From Octopus vulgaris (Eukaryota): a stretch of 64,000 nt of DNA. Location of the stretch: assembly GCA_951406725.2 (NCBI GenBank), contig OX597822.1, positions 42,656,001-42,720,000 of the forward strand, read 5' to 3'. The position numbers and the translations under genes are program-made. Below, piece after piece: positions 10,741 to 22,841 of the stretch; position 1 is the first letter of the stretch; each line of letters starts with the position of its first letter. Under the pieces are notes generated by a model. The model made no database searches. It worked only from the letters and a program-made list of their open reading frames with translations, and was not told where the DNA came from.

Positions 10741-11500
10741 CTGCAAGACAAGTTGGTTTTGGATTATATATATAATAGGTAGAATAGAATAAATTATGAA
10801 CTGGCAATTGAAGGCATCAAATCTTTTATAGCATATTCATACAGAGGAGAGAATAAAAATACATAAATATAATCCAGAGGGTGAAAGGTCATAATGATTT
10901 AGAGTAGATGGGTACAAATCCAGGAAAATAATTTGAGAGACCCTTCATGTTGACTCAACTTGAATAGGTAAGTAAAATCCAGAGGATCACTGGTGAAAAT
11001 TTTTTAAGTGCTGAATAGCAAAGTGTAGACAGTTCTTTACAGCTGTTTCTGGAGTTGGTGCATAATAAAAGTACTTCTGTGCATTTTACCTACATATACA
11101 TAATGTAGATGGGTGCAATTTATATTATATGAAACAGCACAGTATAAGTGACATGAGTGACTCAGCCCACCATCAAACGATAAATGGAATTAGCAGTTTT
11201 TACAGCTCATTTTACAGGGTCAAGTGCCAAAAATACAAAGAGAGACAAAACTTACAAAGGTTAAGAAAATTTTCAGTTGATAAATTAATGTTTGCGAGTG
11301 GATGTTTTTGTATGTGGCTGAGAGTGTGTATGTGTGTGTGTGACAAAGTTGACAAATCTAGAAAATAGAAATTGATGTAATGTGTGTGTGTGTGTGCACA
11401 TATGAAATGAATATGCATGTGTGCAAGAGCGTATGTATGCGTAAATGGGTGCATGCAAATGTGTGGATATGTGTGTGTGTATACATGCAAGTGGGTATAC

Positions 11501-11910
11501 TCTTTACTCTTTTACTTGTTTCAGTCATTTGATTGTGGCCATGCTGAAGCACTGCCTTTAGTTGAGCCCAGGACTTATTCTTTGTAAGCCTAGTACTTAT
11601 TCTATCGGTCTCTTTTGCTGAACCGCTAAGTTATGGGATGTAAACACACCATCATCGGTTGTCAAGCGATGCTGGGGGGACAAACACAGACACACAAACA
11701 TATACATACACATGCATATATATCTATATATACACACACACACACACGACGGGTTTCTTTCAGTTTCCGTCTATCAAATCCACTCACAAGGCTTTGGTTG
11801 CCCCAAGGCTATAGTAGAAGACACTTGCCCAAGGTGCCACGCAGTGAGACTGAACCCAGAACCATGTGGTTGGTAAGCAAGCTACTTACCACACAGCCAC
11901 TCCTGCGCCT
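11501..11910 (-). mobile_element. tRNA-derived SINE family A, near-consensus full-length copy
   Basis: Reverse complement begins aggcgcaggagtggctgtgtggtaagtagc and ends ..gactgaaacaagtaaaagagtaaaga. Confidence 0.85.
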
Positions 11911-12135
11911 GCAAATGCGTGGATGTGTGTGTGTGTAAGCAATAATCTGTACTGTAAAGTTTAAGTTGAAAATAAATTTAAAAAAAAGAAACCCAAAACA
12001 TCAGCAATAGCAATAAATAAAAGAAAAAAGAATTAAAGTTTAGAGTTTGAACTAGATATTCTGAAGATGCCAGAACAGGAGAAAGAGGAATAGTAGTAGG
12101 AGGAGATAGCGGTGGAGGTTTTGACCAGTACTCAC

Positions 12136-12339
12136 CATGCCTCTGTGGTTCACAGAATTGATGTTTGCATTGTAGAGAATCAACTCTCGTACCGCCAGAT
12201 CCTTGCCATTGAGAGAGGCGACATGAAGCGGAGTATTGCCATAGACATTCACAGCATCAACCTCTACACCCAATTCCAAGAGCAACTTGACGACATTTTC
12301 CTGCCCATTTGCACAGCTCGTGTGGAGTGGAGTGTACAT
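12136..12339 (-). CDS. ANKRD28: ANKRD28/44/52-family coding exon
   Basis: gtttcag|ATG...ATG|gtgagt; 204 nt, phase 0/0; MYTPLHTSCANGQENVVKLLLELGVEVDAVNVYGNTPLHVASLNGKDLAVRELILYNANINSVNHRGM. Confidence 0.95.
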
Positions 12340-12470
12340 CTGAAACACCAAGTTAGAGAGAGAGAGAGAGACAGCATAAATTATAAAAAAGACACTTTTG
12401 ATGGCAGAACATTTACGGTGAAGGTAGAAATCTTTATTACATACCTTATAATATTCATTATCACTTAAAG

Positions 12471-13311
12471 CAGTGGTTCCCAAACTTTTTCAGAATCCTA
12501 ATGTTTCTTGTTATACATACCAATACATACATCTAAGAGCCTCTTAAATTCTATTGTGGACCCTCAATTTACTATTATGCTATGTGCCGTGCTAGCGGGT
12601 CGCAAAGAGCACCATACGAGTGTGATTGTTGATAGAGCAGCAAACCAGCTTCTGTGCCAGTGGCACATAAAAGGCACCATTTGAGTGTGATCGTTACCAG
12701 CGTCGCCTTACTGGCACTTATGCCCTGTGCTAATAGGGTGCTAAGAGCACCATCCAAGCGTGATTGTTGACAGAGCAGCTAACTGGCTCCCGTGCCGGTG
12801 GCACTTAAAAGGTACCATTCGAGTGTGATCGTTACCAGCGTCGCCTTACTGGCACTTGTGCCCCGTGCTAACAGGGTGCTAAGAGCACCATCCAAGCGTG
12901 ATTGTTGCCAGAGCAGCTAACTGGCTCCCGTGCCGGTGGCACTTAAAAGGCACCATTCGAGTGTGATTATCACCAGCGTCGCCTTACTGGCACCTGTGCC
13001 AGTGGCATGTGTAAAAAGATTCGAGCGAGGTCGTTGCCAGTACTGCCTGACTGGCCCCCGTGCCGGTGGCACATAAAAGCACCCACTACACTTTCAGAGT
13101 GGTTGACGTTAGGAAGGGCATCCAGCTGTAGAAACTCTGCCAGATCAAGATTGGAGCCTGGTGCAGCCATCTGGTTCGCCAGCCCTCAGTCAAATCGTCC
13201 AACCCATGCTAGCATGGAAAGCGGACGTTAAACGATGATGATGATGATGAACCCCTCCAAAATCTTATATGGACCCTCAGGAGCCATATGGATCCCGGTT
13301 GAGAACCACTG
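12471..13311. mobile_element. hAT MITE interrupted by a family-C retroposon
   Basis: Termini cagtggttcccaaac / ggttgagaaccactg; both flanks are nnnTAnnn; nested insertion at 12575-13250. Confidence 0.7.
12575..13250 (+). mobile_element. Family C non-autonomous retroposon (RTE-type tail, (GAT)n 3' end), representative copy
   Basis: Internal tandem modules gtgccggtggcacgtaaaagcacc; ggttggcgttaggaagggcatccagctgtagaaac block; 3' end catggaaagcggacgttaaac(gat)n. Other copies: 16531-17141(-), 26765-27240(-), 28258-28650(+), 33952-34190(-), 37130-37767(+), 42250-42515(-), 43846-44165(+), 46372-46959(+), 48972-49340(-), 53130-53330(+), 61594-61880(-), 63335-63570(-). Confidence 0.8.
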
Positions 13312-13582
13312 AACTAAACCTTTCAAGGCAGTGCCTTAGCATAGCTGCAATCCAATGACAGAAATAAGTAGAAGATAAAAGATAATGTTTGGAACATTTC
13401 TGATTGCAGGTCTGCTTAATATCAAGGTTGATCAGGAGCCATAAAATATGCTGAAATTCTTCACATTCATTTGTCATTGGATTCTGTTAATATGATAGAT
13501 ATAAGCCAGACTGACTGCTTTATGCAACTAAATATATTTGAGAATTCTTATTAATGAGATTATAATCTTGTTAAAAGGCTGT

Positions 13583-13968
13583 TTTAAGTAAATCCTAAGC
13601 TAAGCTCTGACCTTAATCCATCACTTTATTCTTGGTTCATTCACCAGACAACTGCCAGTATTTAATTGCTGAATGTCATAGCAGCAGACAGATGAGATCA
13701 ATCTTCACCTGGATAGTTAGGCAGTCTATCAAAGTGTGTCTCCTCCAGAAAAAGCCTAGTAAGCAATTCCGTACAATTTAAGTAAATCCTAAGCTAAGCT
13801 CTGACCTTAATCCATCACTTTAGTCTTGGTTGATTCACCAGACAACTGCCAGTATTCAACTGCTGAATGTCATAGCAACAGACAGAGGAGATCAATCTTC
13901 ACCTGGATAGTTAGCCAGTCTATCAAAGAGTGTCTTCTCCAGAAAAGCCTAGTAAGCGATTCCTTACT
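13583..13968. repeat. Tandem duplication, 2 x ~194 bp
   Basis: tttaagtaaatcctaagctaagctctgacc... starts at both 13583 and 13777; the copies differ by scattered substitutions. Confidence 0.9.
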
Positions 13969-14322
13969 ACAAGACAAATTTTTAGGTGTTTCCTATCAGC
14001 CTTTGGACTGTGGCCATGCAGGAGCACTGCTTTCAAGTATCGAAAACAGACATAAAATAATTGTATATGTGTGTGTATATATATGTATGTATCATCATTT
14101 TCATTTAACATCTACTTTTTCATGCTTGCATGGGTCAGATGGAAGTTGTTGAAGCACATTTTCTACAGCTGGATGCTTTTCCTGTCATCAACCCTCACCT
14201 TTTCCAAACAAAGTAATAATTCCCTATAGAAGACTGGAAATGCACAACATCACTTATATGATGGTTATGCTCATTTACACACAAACACACACAGGCATAT
14301 ACACAATGAGATATATGCGTGT

Positions 14323-14356
<34 letters not shown>

Positions 14357-16128
14357 CAGGCCTCCTCCTTCAGGTTCTGTCGACCAAATCCACTCACAAG
14401 GCTTTGGTTGGCCTGTGGTTACAGCAGTAGAGTCTTGCTCAGCATGGGACTGAACCCAAGACCTCATGATCAGGAAGGAAATTCTTAACCATACAACCCC
14501 ACCACCAGACACACATGAAGACTTACATACTCCAGTCACAGATGTAGAGACTACATAATCAGATGACTTGCTAAAAATAGCAGCCAAATTTTCTTTAAGT
14601 CTTCTTTAACTATTTCTAAGTAAATACTCCCCCTATATGTTTTGATTAAATTTGAAAATAATCAAGAATTAGAATGGATTTAGTAAAATAATTTCTCTAT
14701 TATTAAGATGGTGTCTGCAACACAACAGAATCTATTTACATAAAATTAAGAAGGAAAATTTAAATTCAGATCAGAAGGTTTTTAAATTTTGTAAATTGGT
14801 AACATAAAAAGTGAGTGGTATCAAAAGGATTAAATTACCTCCTTTTTTTTGAGGGGTGGGGGGTATTACGTCTGTTTTTCCTGCTCGTGTAGGTTGGAGG
14901 AATACTTAAAGAGACAATATTTAATAGACAGATGTTCGTCTCATCACTAACCCTCATTTGTCTTTTGTTTTTTTGAGAAAGTGATTTTTTTCTTCTAATC
15001 ATCTTTGAAAGCACATAGCTATCTTATTTTTTACTTGTTTCAGTCATTAGACTGTGGCCATGCTGGAGCAGAACCTTGAAGGATCTAGTCAAACAAATCG
15101 ATTCCTGTACTTTATTTTTTAAAGTCTGGTATTATTCTATTGGTCACCTATGCCAAACTGCTAATCTACAGGGATGTAAACAAACCAACATCAAATGTCA
15201 AGCAATGGGGGTACAAACACAATGACACCCCACACACACAAAACAGGCTTCTACAAAATTTTAACAACCAAAAATCCCTCACAAGGGATTGTTGTGGGGC
15301 TATTGCAGTAAATACTTGTCCTGAGTGGTGTGCAGTGGGTTTGAACCTGAAACCATGTAATTGCAAAGCAAACTTCTTTACGACACAATCATGCCTGTGC
15401 CTATTTGATAAACAGCCTTTGTTGACAGGGAATGTCAAAATAATGTCACCATATTTTGCTAAATGCTTTCATTGAAAGACACGGAATGTAAACATCCACA
15501 AATGCACACGACTGGCTTTCATACAGCTTGTGTAACAATTTCATTCACAAGACACTGGTCAGCCTTGTGAGTAAAATTGGTAGACAGAAACTATTTAATA
15601 GAAGACCCTTGCTCAAAGTTCCACACAGTAAGCTAGACCTTACGATCACATTAAGAAGTGAATTCTGTGTCTACTCAGTGATGCCTGCACAAATTCGTTA
15701 TTGTTTTACCATTGCTTTAACATCCATTTTGCCATGCTTGCATGGGTCAGATGAAGTCTTATTGAGGCAGATTTTCTACCTCCATGCTGAATGGATGCCC
15801 TTCTCGTCACCAACCCACACTTGTTTCCAAGCAAGGTAATATTTATCCCCATGGCCAGATATGTTTTTATGGAAGACTGTAAATTAAGTACACTGCTTCT
15901 ATGATGGTGACAATCATTTTACAACAACCACACAATGCCAAGAAAAGGAGACACGAATACACATATATGACGGGCTTCTTTCAGTTTCTGTCTAACAGAT
16001 CCACTCAAGGCTTTGGTCAACCCAGGGCTATAATAGAAGACACTTGCCCAAGGTGCCACACAGTGGCACTGAACACTGTACCATGTGGTTGGGAAGCAAT
16101 CTTCTTACCATGCAGCCATTCCTGTGCC

Positions 16129-16186
<58 letters not shown>

Positions 16187-16361
16187 TACATAGATATACT
16201 ACATATACATATATATATATATATTACACACATATGTATGTATATATATATATATATATATAGATAGATAGATATACTACATAATCATATAAAATGGACT
16301 TCTTCCAGTTTCTGTCTACCAAATCAACTCACAAGGGATTGGTTGACCCAAGACAATAGTA

Positions 16362-17416
16362 CAAGGGTCACCAAACTACTGCTGCACAGTACCTTTTGTA
16401 TAAGTACCTGCAATGAGCAAACATTTTCAAAAATAAAGAATGTGAAGTCAGCACAGCAAACGAGGTTGACTGATGAACATTTGAAAGCAATTCTCTTGGT
16501 TGGATGAAGCAATTCCAAAGCAAATATTAATCATCATCATCATCATCATCATCGTTTAACGTCTGCTTTCCATGCTAGCATGGGTTGGACGATTTTGCCT
16601 GAGGGCTGGCGAGCCAGATGGCTGCACCAGGCTCCAATCTTGATTTGGCAAAGTTTCTACAGCTGGATGCCCTTCCAAACGCTAACCACTCCGAGAGTGT
16701 AGTGGGTGCTTTTTACATGCCACCGGCACGGGGGCCAGTCAGGCAGTACTGGCAACGACCTCGCTCGAATCTTTGTACACATGCCACCAGCACAGGTGCC
16801 AGTAAAGCGACGTTGGTATCGATCACGCTCAAATGGTGCCCTTTTACATGCCACCGGCACGGAAGCCAGTTGGCTGCTCTGGCAACGATCACGCTCGGAG
16901 GGTGCTCTTGGCACCCTCCTAGCACAGGCACAAGTGCCAGTAAGGCGACGCTGCTAACGATCACACTTGAATGGTACCTTTTATGTGCCACTGACATGGA
17001 AGCCGGTTAGCTGCTCTGTCAACAATCATGCTCGTATGGTGCTCTTTGCACCCCGCTAGTATGGATGCCAGTCATCGAATGTGATTTTGATTTCACTTGC
17101 CTCAACAGGTCTTCGCAAGCAGAGTTTAGTGTCCAAGGAAGGAGATATTCTAAAAGCTAAACACCAATTTCACAAATCTTACTAACCTTTTTTACTGCTT
17201 AGCTTGTGAGTTTCAGATATGTGCGCACTGAGTGTGATATGACGATCTTATTGCTAACGTCGCCTTCTTTGATAACGTTTGGTAAATAAATATGTTGATT
17301 GTCTATTTTTTGTGTATTCACTCTATTGTATTTTACAATATGGTTATGTGGCCTGCGCTTGTCATTCACTCAGTTATCTGGCCCACTGCGAAAAAAGTTT
17401 GGTGACCCCCCCCCTG
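16362..17416 (+). mobile_element. Deleted hAT (Buster/Charlie-type) transposon retaining the C-terminal dimerisation-domain remnant
   Basis: TIRs caagggtcaccaaact / agtttggtgacccc..tg; TSD caatagta/ctatagta. Translates STCNEQTFSKIKNVKSAQQTRLTDEHLKAILLVG*SNSKANIN, then after the nested insertion DILKAKHQFHKSY*. Confidence 0.75.
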
Positions 17417-17611
17417 CTATAGTAGATGACACATATGCAAGGTCTCATGCAGTGGGGTTGAACTCAAAACCACAGGCTTGGGAAGCAAGATGAAAAATAT
17501 ACTATGAAAAATAAAAGAGGTGAGGGTGGGACAAACTGAAACATTTTGATGGTCATAAAAAAGAAAAGGGTTGGTGGAGCATAGTGATAATTGTGAAAAA
17601 GTAATCCTCAC

Positions 17612-17764
17612 CAGTTTGTCGCGACAGTTGATCTCAGCATTGTGTTCTACTAACATCTGCACCATGTCCACATGTCCCATGAACGCTGCCCAGTGGATGG
17701 CTCTCCGGTCCTTCTTGTCGAAAGCATTTATTGTTGCACCTTTCTCAAGCAGTAGCTGCATCAT
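17612..17764 (-). CDS. ANKRD28: ANKRD28/44/52-family coding exon
   Basis: tcatcccag|ATG...CTG|gtgagg; 153 nt, phase 0/0; MMQLLLEKGATINAFDKKDRRAIHWAAFMGHVDMVQMLVEHNAEINCRDKL, with the diagnostic INAFDKKDRRAIHWAA motif. Confidence 0.97.
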
Positions 17765-18070
17765 CTGGGATGAAGAAAAGGAGAAACAGAAGAGAGAAAA
17801 TGTGGTCAAAGGAACATTAGATATACATATATATACATCCATATACATACATACATACATCCACATACATTGGCACAAATACATATGCACACACAAATAC
17901 ATGCATGTATATATGTTGACACAGATATACTCATGCATAGACACATACATTGACACAAATACACATACATATGCATGCACACACAAATACACACATATGT
18001 ATACATTGACTCAGAATTACATAAGCATAGACACACATACATAGACACTGACACAAATACACATATACAT

Positions 18071-18692
18071 GCTCTCCGGCTATCTATTTGAGGCTTTATT
18101 TGGTTATGGTGCGGCCTCACCTGGAATTTGCATCACCGGTCTGGAACCCCTATCTTGCCCAGGATATTAATCATCTGGAAACCGTTCAGCGACATGCAAC
18201 CAAGAGAATACCCTGCATCAGGCATTTTCCATATTCTGAACGCCTTACTTCCCTGGGCATGGATACATTGAAACTTCAACATCTGGCAGCTGACTTGGCA
18301 GACACCCATAAAATTATTAACCATCTTACTAACAATAACTCTTTTCAAACTCCACCTGTCTAACACCTGTGGATATGTTTACAAAGTCAGAAAACAGCAC
18401 AGCTCCCATGACTTTTGGAAACATTTTTTCACGCCAAGAGTTGCTGAAGTATGGAACAAACTGCCGGCATCAGTTGTTAGTGGTCGGAGCACTGCATCTT
18501 TCCATACTTCCATGCTTCCTGATTCGCCAACACTACACCTGATTTTCTCCCCTCCATACACATGCAAGCATGTATCTGATTCATACACTGTTCACTTTCC
18601 AGACATTTGTACATTACTACATATGTTTTATATGCACTTTTGACAAGTTGTGGTGCACCTGAGCACTGTAAACAATAATTTCATTATTATTA
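18071..18692 (+). mobile_element. 5'-truncated CR1-group LINE (ORF2 C-terminus and 3' UTR)
   Basis: RLYLVMVRPHLEFASPVWNPYL..DINHLETVQRHATKRIP..YSERL..LG is the typical CR1/L2 ORF2 C-terminal motif; ends in (att)n. Confidence 0.85.
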
Positions 18693-19600
18693 TACACACA
18701 CATACACTGAAAGAAATACACATGCATATGCATACACATATACACACACCATACTTATACATACATTGACATACGGACACATATATACATACACATATAT
18801 AAACAGATACTTATACACACACAAACATAAATGAATGAATCCATGTGTGAATATGTTCGTTGTCATGATTGAGGGTTGGGGGTGCCTCAGACACAACTTC
18901 CATTCTTAGCCAAATACTGCAGTCTCATGCCACAGCCATGCACTGCTACCAGGATCCTCCCTGTCTCATCCTTGTCATCACTATCTGTGTGTGTCACTCA
19001 CAATCTTGTTTTCTAACAATCCAAGAATGTCAGCAGAGAGGTTCTAGGTCTTGATAATGTGGCAAAAATACTGCAGATTTTTCTGTGGGAATATATGTGA
19101 CAAGGCTGGACTTTAGAATTACAGGTACGATCTATTTGAATCTATTTGATGGGCCTCTACAATTAACCTTGTGATTGGCATTAAAAAGAGCATGAAGCTG
19201 TAGAAACCCAGCCAAAACAGACTATGGAACCTGGGTTGATTTCTAGCCTTGCCAGCTCCTGTTAAACTGTCCAGCCCATGTTAGCACAGAAAATGAACAT
19301 TAATTGATGATGATGAATTTCACTGACAAGACTTGTGGGGCTGACACAAGGATTTTGTAAAAGACTTGTCCAAGATACCACACAATGGGAGTGAATCCAA
19401 GACATGATGACAGTAAAACAAATTTCTTAACCAGTGCATGCCTGTGTCCACACCAATGTGGAAGCTGTTTAAGAGAGAGAGAGAGGGAGATCCCATCTAG
19501 CAAGTGTGGGTTAAACCTGGGTTCTTGTCATACTGTGATGCACACACTGTTGTTGTTGTTGTTGTTTGTAGTGGTGGTGGTGGTTGTGTTATTTGCTTAC

Positions 19601-19801
19601 CTTTATGTGTCCATTGAATGCTGCATGATGCAAACTTGTGCGCCCTGCACGATCAGACACATTTACATTGGTTAACATGGGAATCAAGTATTCTGCACAT
19701 TTTACGGCATTGTTTGCAGCTGCAACGTGGAGAGGAGTCTGCCAATTTTTATCTCGGGCATTAACATCAGCCTGATGTCTAAGAAGACACTCAACGACGT
19801 C
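19601..19801 (-). CDS. ANKRD28: ANKRD28/44/52-family coding exon
   Basis: ttttacag|GAC...AAG|gtaagc; 201 nt, phase 0/0; [67 protein letters not shown], with the diagnostic [11 protein letters not shown] and [11 protein letters not shown] motifs. Confidence 0.97.
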
Positions 19802-19962
19802 CTGTAAAACAAATTTGAACAATGAATAGATCTATAGAACATTAAAAGCAAGCCAAAGTTTTAAAAAAGTAGCAATTGTTATTATTCTGGGGGTCAATTA
19901 AATAAATACCAGTTAAGCACTGGGGTCAATGCCATCAACTAGCTCTCTCCTGCAAAATTTCA

Positions 19963-20715
19963 GGCAAGCTGGCAGAAACGTTAGAACGCTGGGTGAAATG
20001 CTTAGCAGTATTTCGTCTGTCGCTACGTTCTGAGTTCAAATTCCGAGGTCGACTTTGCCTTTCATCCTTTCGGGGTCAATTACATAAGTACCAGTTACGC
20101 ACTGGGGTTGATATAATCAACTTAATCCGTTTGTCTGTCCTTGTTTGTTCTCTCTGTGTTTAGACCTTTGTGGGTAGTAAAGAAATAGGTATTTTGCCTG
20201 TCGCTGCATTTTGAGTTCAAATTCCATTGAAGTTGACTTTGCTTTTCATCCTTTCAGGGTTGATAAATAAAGTACCAGTAAAACACTGGGGTCAATGTAA
20301 TTGACTGGTCTCTGCCCCACCCCCAATTTCAGGCCTTGTGCCTATAGTAGAAAGGATTATTATTATTATTATGATGGTGGCAAGCTGGTTGAATCATTAG
20401 CACATATGAGTAAGTGCTTAGCAGCATTTCTTCCAACCTTTTACATTGAGTTCAAAATTTGCTTTTCATACTTTCGAGATCAATAAAATAAGTATCAGTC
20501 AAGTAATGGAGGTTGATGGAATCAATTTGCTGGCTTTGTGCTAAAATCTGAAACTATTTTTATTATTAGTCTTTACATCCTAAGTTCAAATTCTGCCAGA
20601 GTCAGCTTTGCCTTTCATTTTTCCAAGGTTGATAAAATAAGTACAACTGGGGTTAATGCAATCAATGACACTCCTTTCTACAAAATTTCAGGCTTTGTGC
20701 TTATAGAAGAAAGAA
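19963..20715 (+). mobile_element. tRNA-derived SINE family B, tandem cluster
   Basis: Head gagctggcagaaacgttag..gagttcaaattcc; core gcctttcatcctttcggggtcgataaattaagtacc (resembles the MetaSINE-type core, from memory). Other copies: 45225-45380(+), 47405-47985(-, tandem), 52756-52980(+), 60290-60900(-, tandem), 62360-62514(-). Confidence 0.8.
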
Positions 20716-20961
20716 TAATTAGGGTACTGGTTGGTTTGGTAGGTGCTGCACAGTGGGATCCAACCTAAAACCACACGGCTGTGGACTAAACTTCTTAACC
20801 ACAAGGCCATGCTCGTGTTGGTAGATGGAGCAATGAAAGTCAAAAATGCACCCAGCAGAGAAGACCCAACAATATGCAAGGTCTGTACCTTGGGTACTAA
20901 GATGTCACCATACCCAGGTGACAGCCAAGTGTGAGCAGGTGAGAAATCAGAGTATACTTAC

Positions 20962-21111
20962 ATCATTTTTCGAACAGCAAGCTCTGTGGAGAGGAGTTAG
21001 CCATCGATTGTCCTTTGTGTTGACACGTGCCCCATTCTGGAGCAATAGCTCGGTGATTTCTGGGTCACCGCAGAAAGCTGCAGCATGGAGCGGACTTCTT
21101 TTCTCGGCATC
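20962..21111 (-). CDS. ANKRD28: ANKRD28/44/52-family coding exon
   Basis: ttctaacag|GAT...GAT|gtaagt; 150 nt, phase 0/0; [50 protein letters not shown] (ankyrin repeats). Confidence 0.95.
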
Positions 21112-21635
21112 CTGTTAGAAATAAAAAAAGAAAACAGACACCAACTACAAAATGAGTTCATTTTTAAAACATAAAAAGTAAAAGATATATCTCTAAATAG
21201 AAAGAAATCGGAACAAAACAAAGACCAACACTTTAATAATAACAAGGGTTGATAATGGCCACAGGGTTTGGGGAATAATGACCCTGGGGTGAGAGGCTTG
21301 GTTCATTGTGCTCTTAGGATACTGGGTGAGTAGATGAGAAGTCAGTGGATAGTAGAGGTGGCTGTTTAAGACAATAGAGTACTGAATGACCAGCTAGCAG
21401 GTCAATGACAGGAGGTTACAGTTAGCCAAAATGGCAGAGTACCAAATAGCTAGAGACGGTTGGTGATCAGAAGAGCATCAAGCTGCAGTAAAGCTGCATC
21501 AGTGATCCATGCAAGCTTGGAAATGTGGACATAAAAATGATAACACACTAATATGTGTGTGTGCTCACACACTAAATATCCCTATGCATTATCATCATCA
21601 TCATTTATTGACCACTTTCCATGAGTGTAATGGGT

Positions 21636-21672
<37 letters not shown>

Positions 21673-22141
21673 CATGTAAGAGAAGAGTGTGATTTGAGGG
21701 AGAGGTGGCTGCTGTTTATGTTATGCTGAAGGGAATATGAAGAGGGTCTGTTGATTAGTGATTTATAATTTATAAATGCAATTCAGTAATTAACAAAGAA
21801 CAATTTGATAGCCAAAAGCATTCAAATTGGATTTCTGTGTCATATGCTGTTTATCTACATTGTTCTATCTCATTATCAATCAGACTATCAGATGTTATAC
21901 ACTGCTGGTCACAATGCACTTCCTCACATTGTAGCTTTTGAATGAATTAACACGCCAGCCAACTAGCAAGTCAGACAGTGGAATGCCAGTTCATTGCAGG
22001 CTTATCCATTTACAGATGAGTGGACTGGGGCAATGTGAAATGAAATGTTTGGCTCAAGAGCTCAATGCACTGTCAGTCTGAGAATTGAAACCACAACCTT
22101 GCAATCATGTGCCTGCACACATTTTATATATGATAGACAGA

Positions 22142-22419
22142 TATACAAAAATTCTATAATTATTACAATAATTATAATTAGGTTTCAGCAAAATTGCTTC
22201 ACCACCTACCGAAATTTAGAAATAGCAGTTAAATACTATTCCACTATCATAAGATATCTCCCTGACAGCAATACTCTCAACTCCTGCAGGTAAAGAGGGG
22301 AAAAATAACAAATCCACCTGGCTGCTATTTAACTGCTATTTCTAAATTTTGGTATGTGGTGAAGCAATTTTGCTGAACCCTAATTATAATTATGCTTATA
22401 ATTATAGAATTTTTGTATA
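22142..22419. repeat. Long inverted repeat (~94-bp arms, ~90-bp spacer), probably a Penelope-like insertion with an inverted terminus
   Basis: 22142-22235 vs 22326-22419 are reverse-complementary with few mismatches. Confidence 0.8.
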
Positions 22420-22609
22420 AGGTTACCGATAATGGTTCTTTTAACATACAGAACTACTTGGTAAAATTAATTAATTTTACCCTTTATTAGATAAACCATT
22501 AGGGACTGAGACAATGAGATATCCACAACAGTGAAAAGTGTTAGAAGAATGCATAGAAAAATAAGAAGTTTTGCGAGTTTAATTCCAGTTTGAGCTAATG
22601 TACAATATA

Positions 22610-22841
22610 CAGGGTGGGTGGCCCAAAAGTAGGTTTACAGTTATCATGTAGGCACTTCAATTTTCTTTTAAAACATTTTATTACATTTAAATTTCTATCA
22701 TACAACCTGAAAAGGGAGCTTGAAAAAATTAAAATTAGAATGATGGTTTCATATTTTTTTATGATTAAGATCTAAACTGTTAATATATAAATGCGAAAGA
22801 GATAGTTGAATAACTATAGACCTACTTTTGGGCCACCCCAT
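22610..22841. mobile_element. Tc1/mariner MITE
   Basis: TIRs cagggtgggtggcccaaaagtaggtttacagttat / ataactatagacctacttttgggccacccc; TA at the left end. Confidence 0.75.

Noticed and set aside
12650-13085. Regularly spaced gtgccggtggcac..aaaagcacc repeats with intervening sequence, superficially CRISPR-like (also 16700-17060, 26930-27150)
   Set aside because: The spacers are homologous to each other, the arrays lie inside a dispersed eukaryotic retroposon, and there are no cas genes.
16470-16486. CTGATGA...GAAA hammerhead-like core
   Set aside because: No supporting stems I or III; it is the TDEHLK codons of a hAT transposase remnant.
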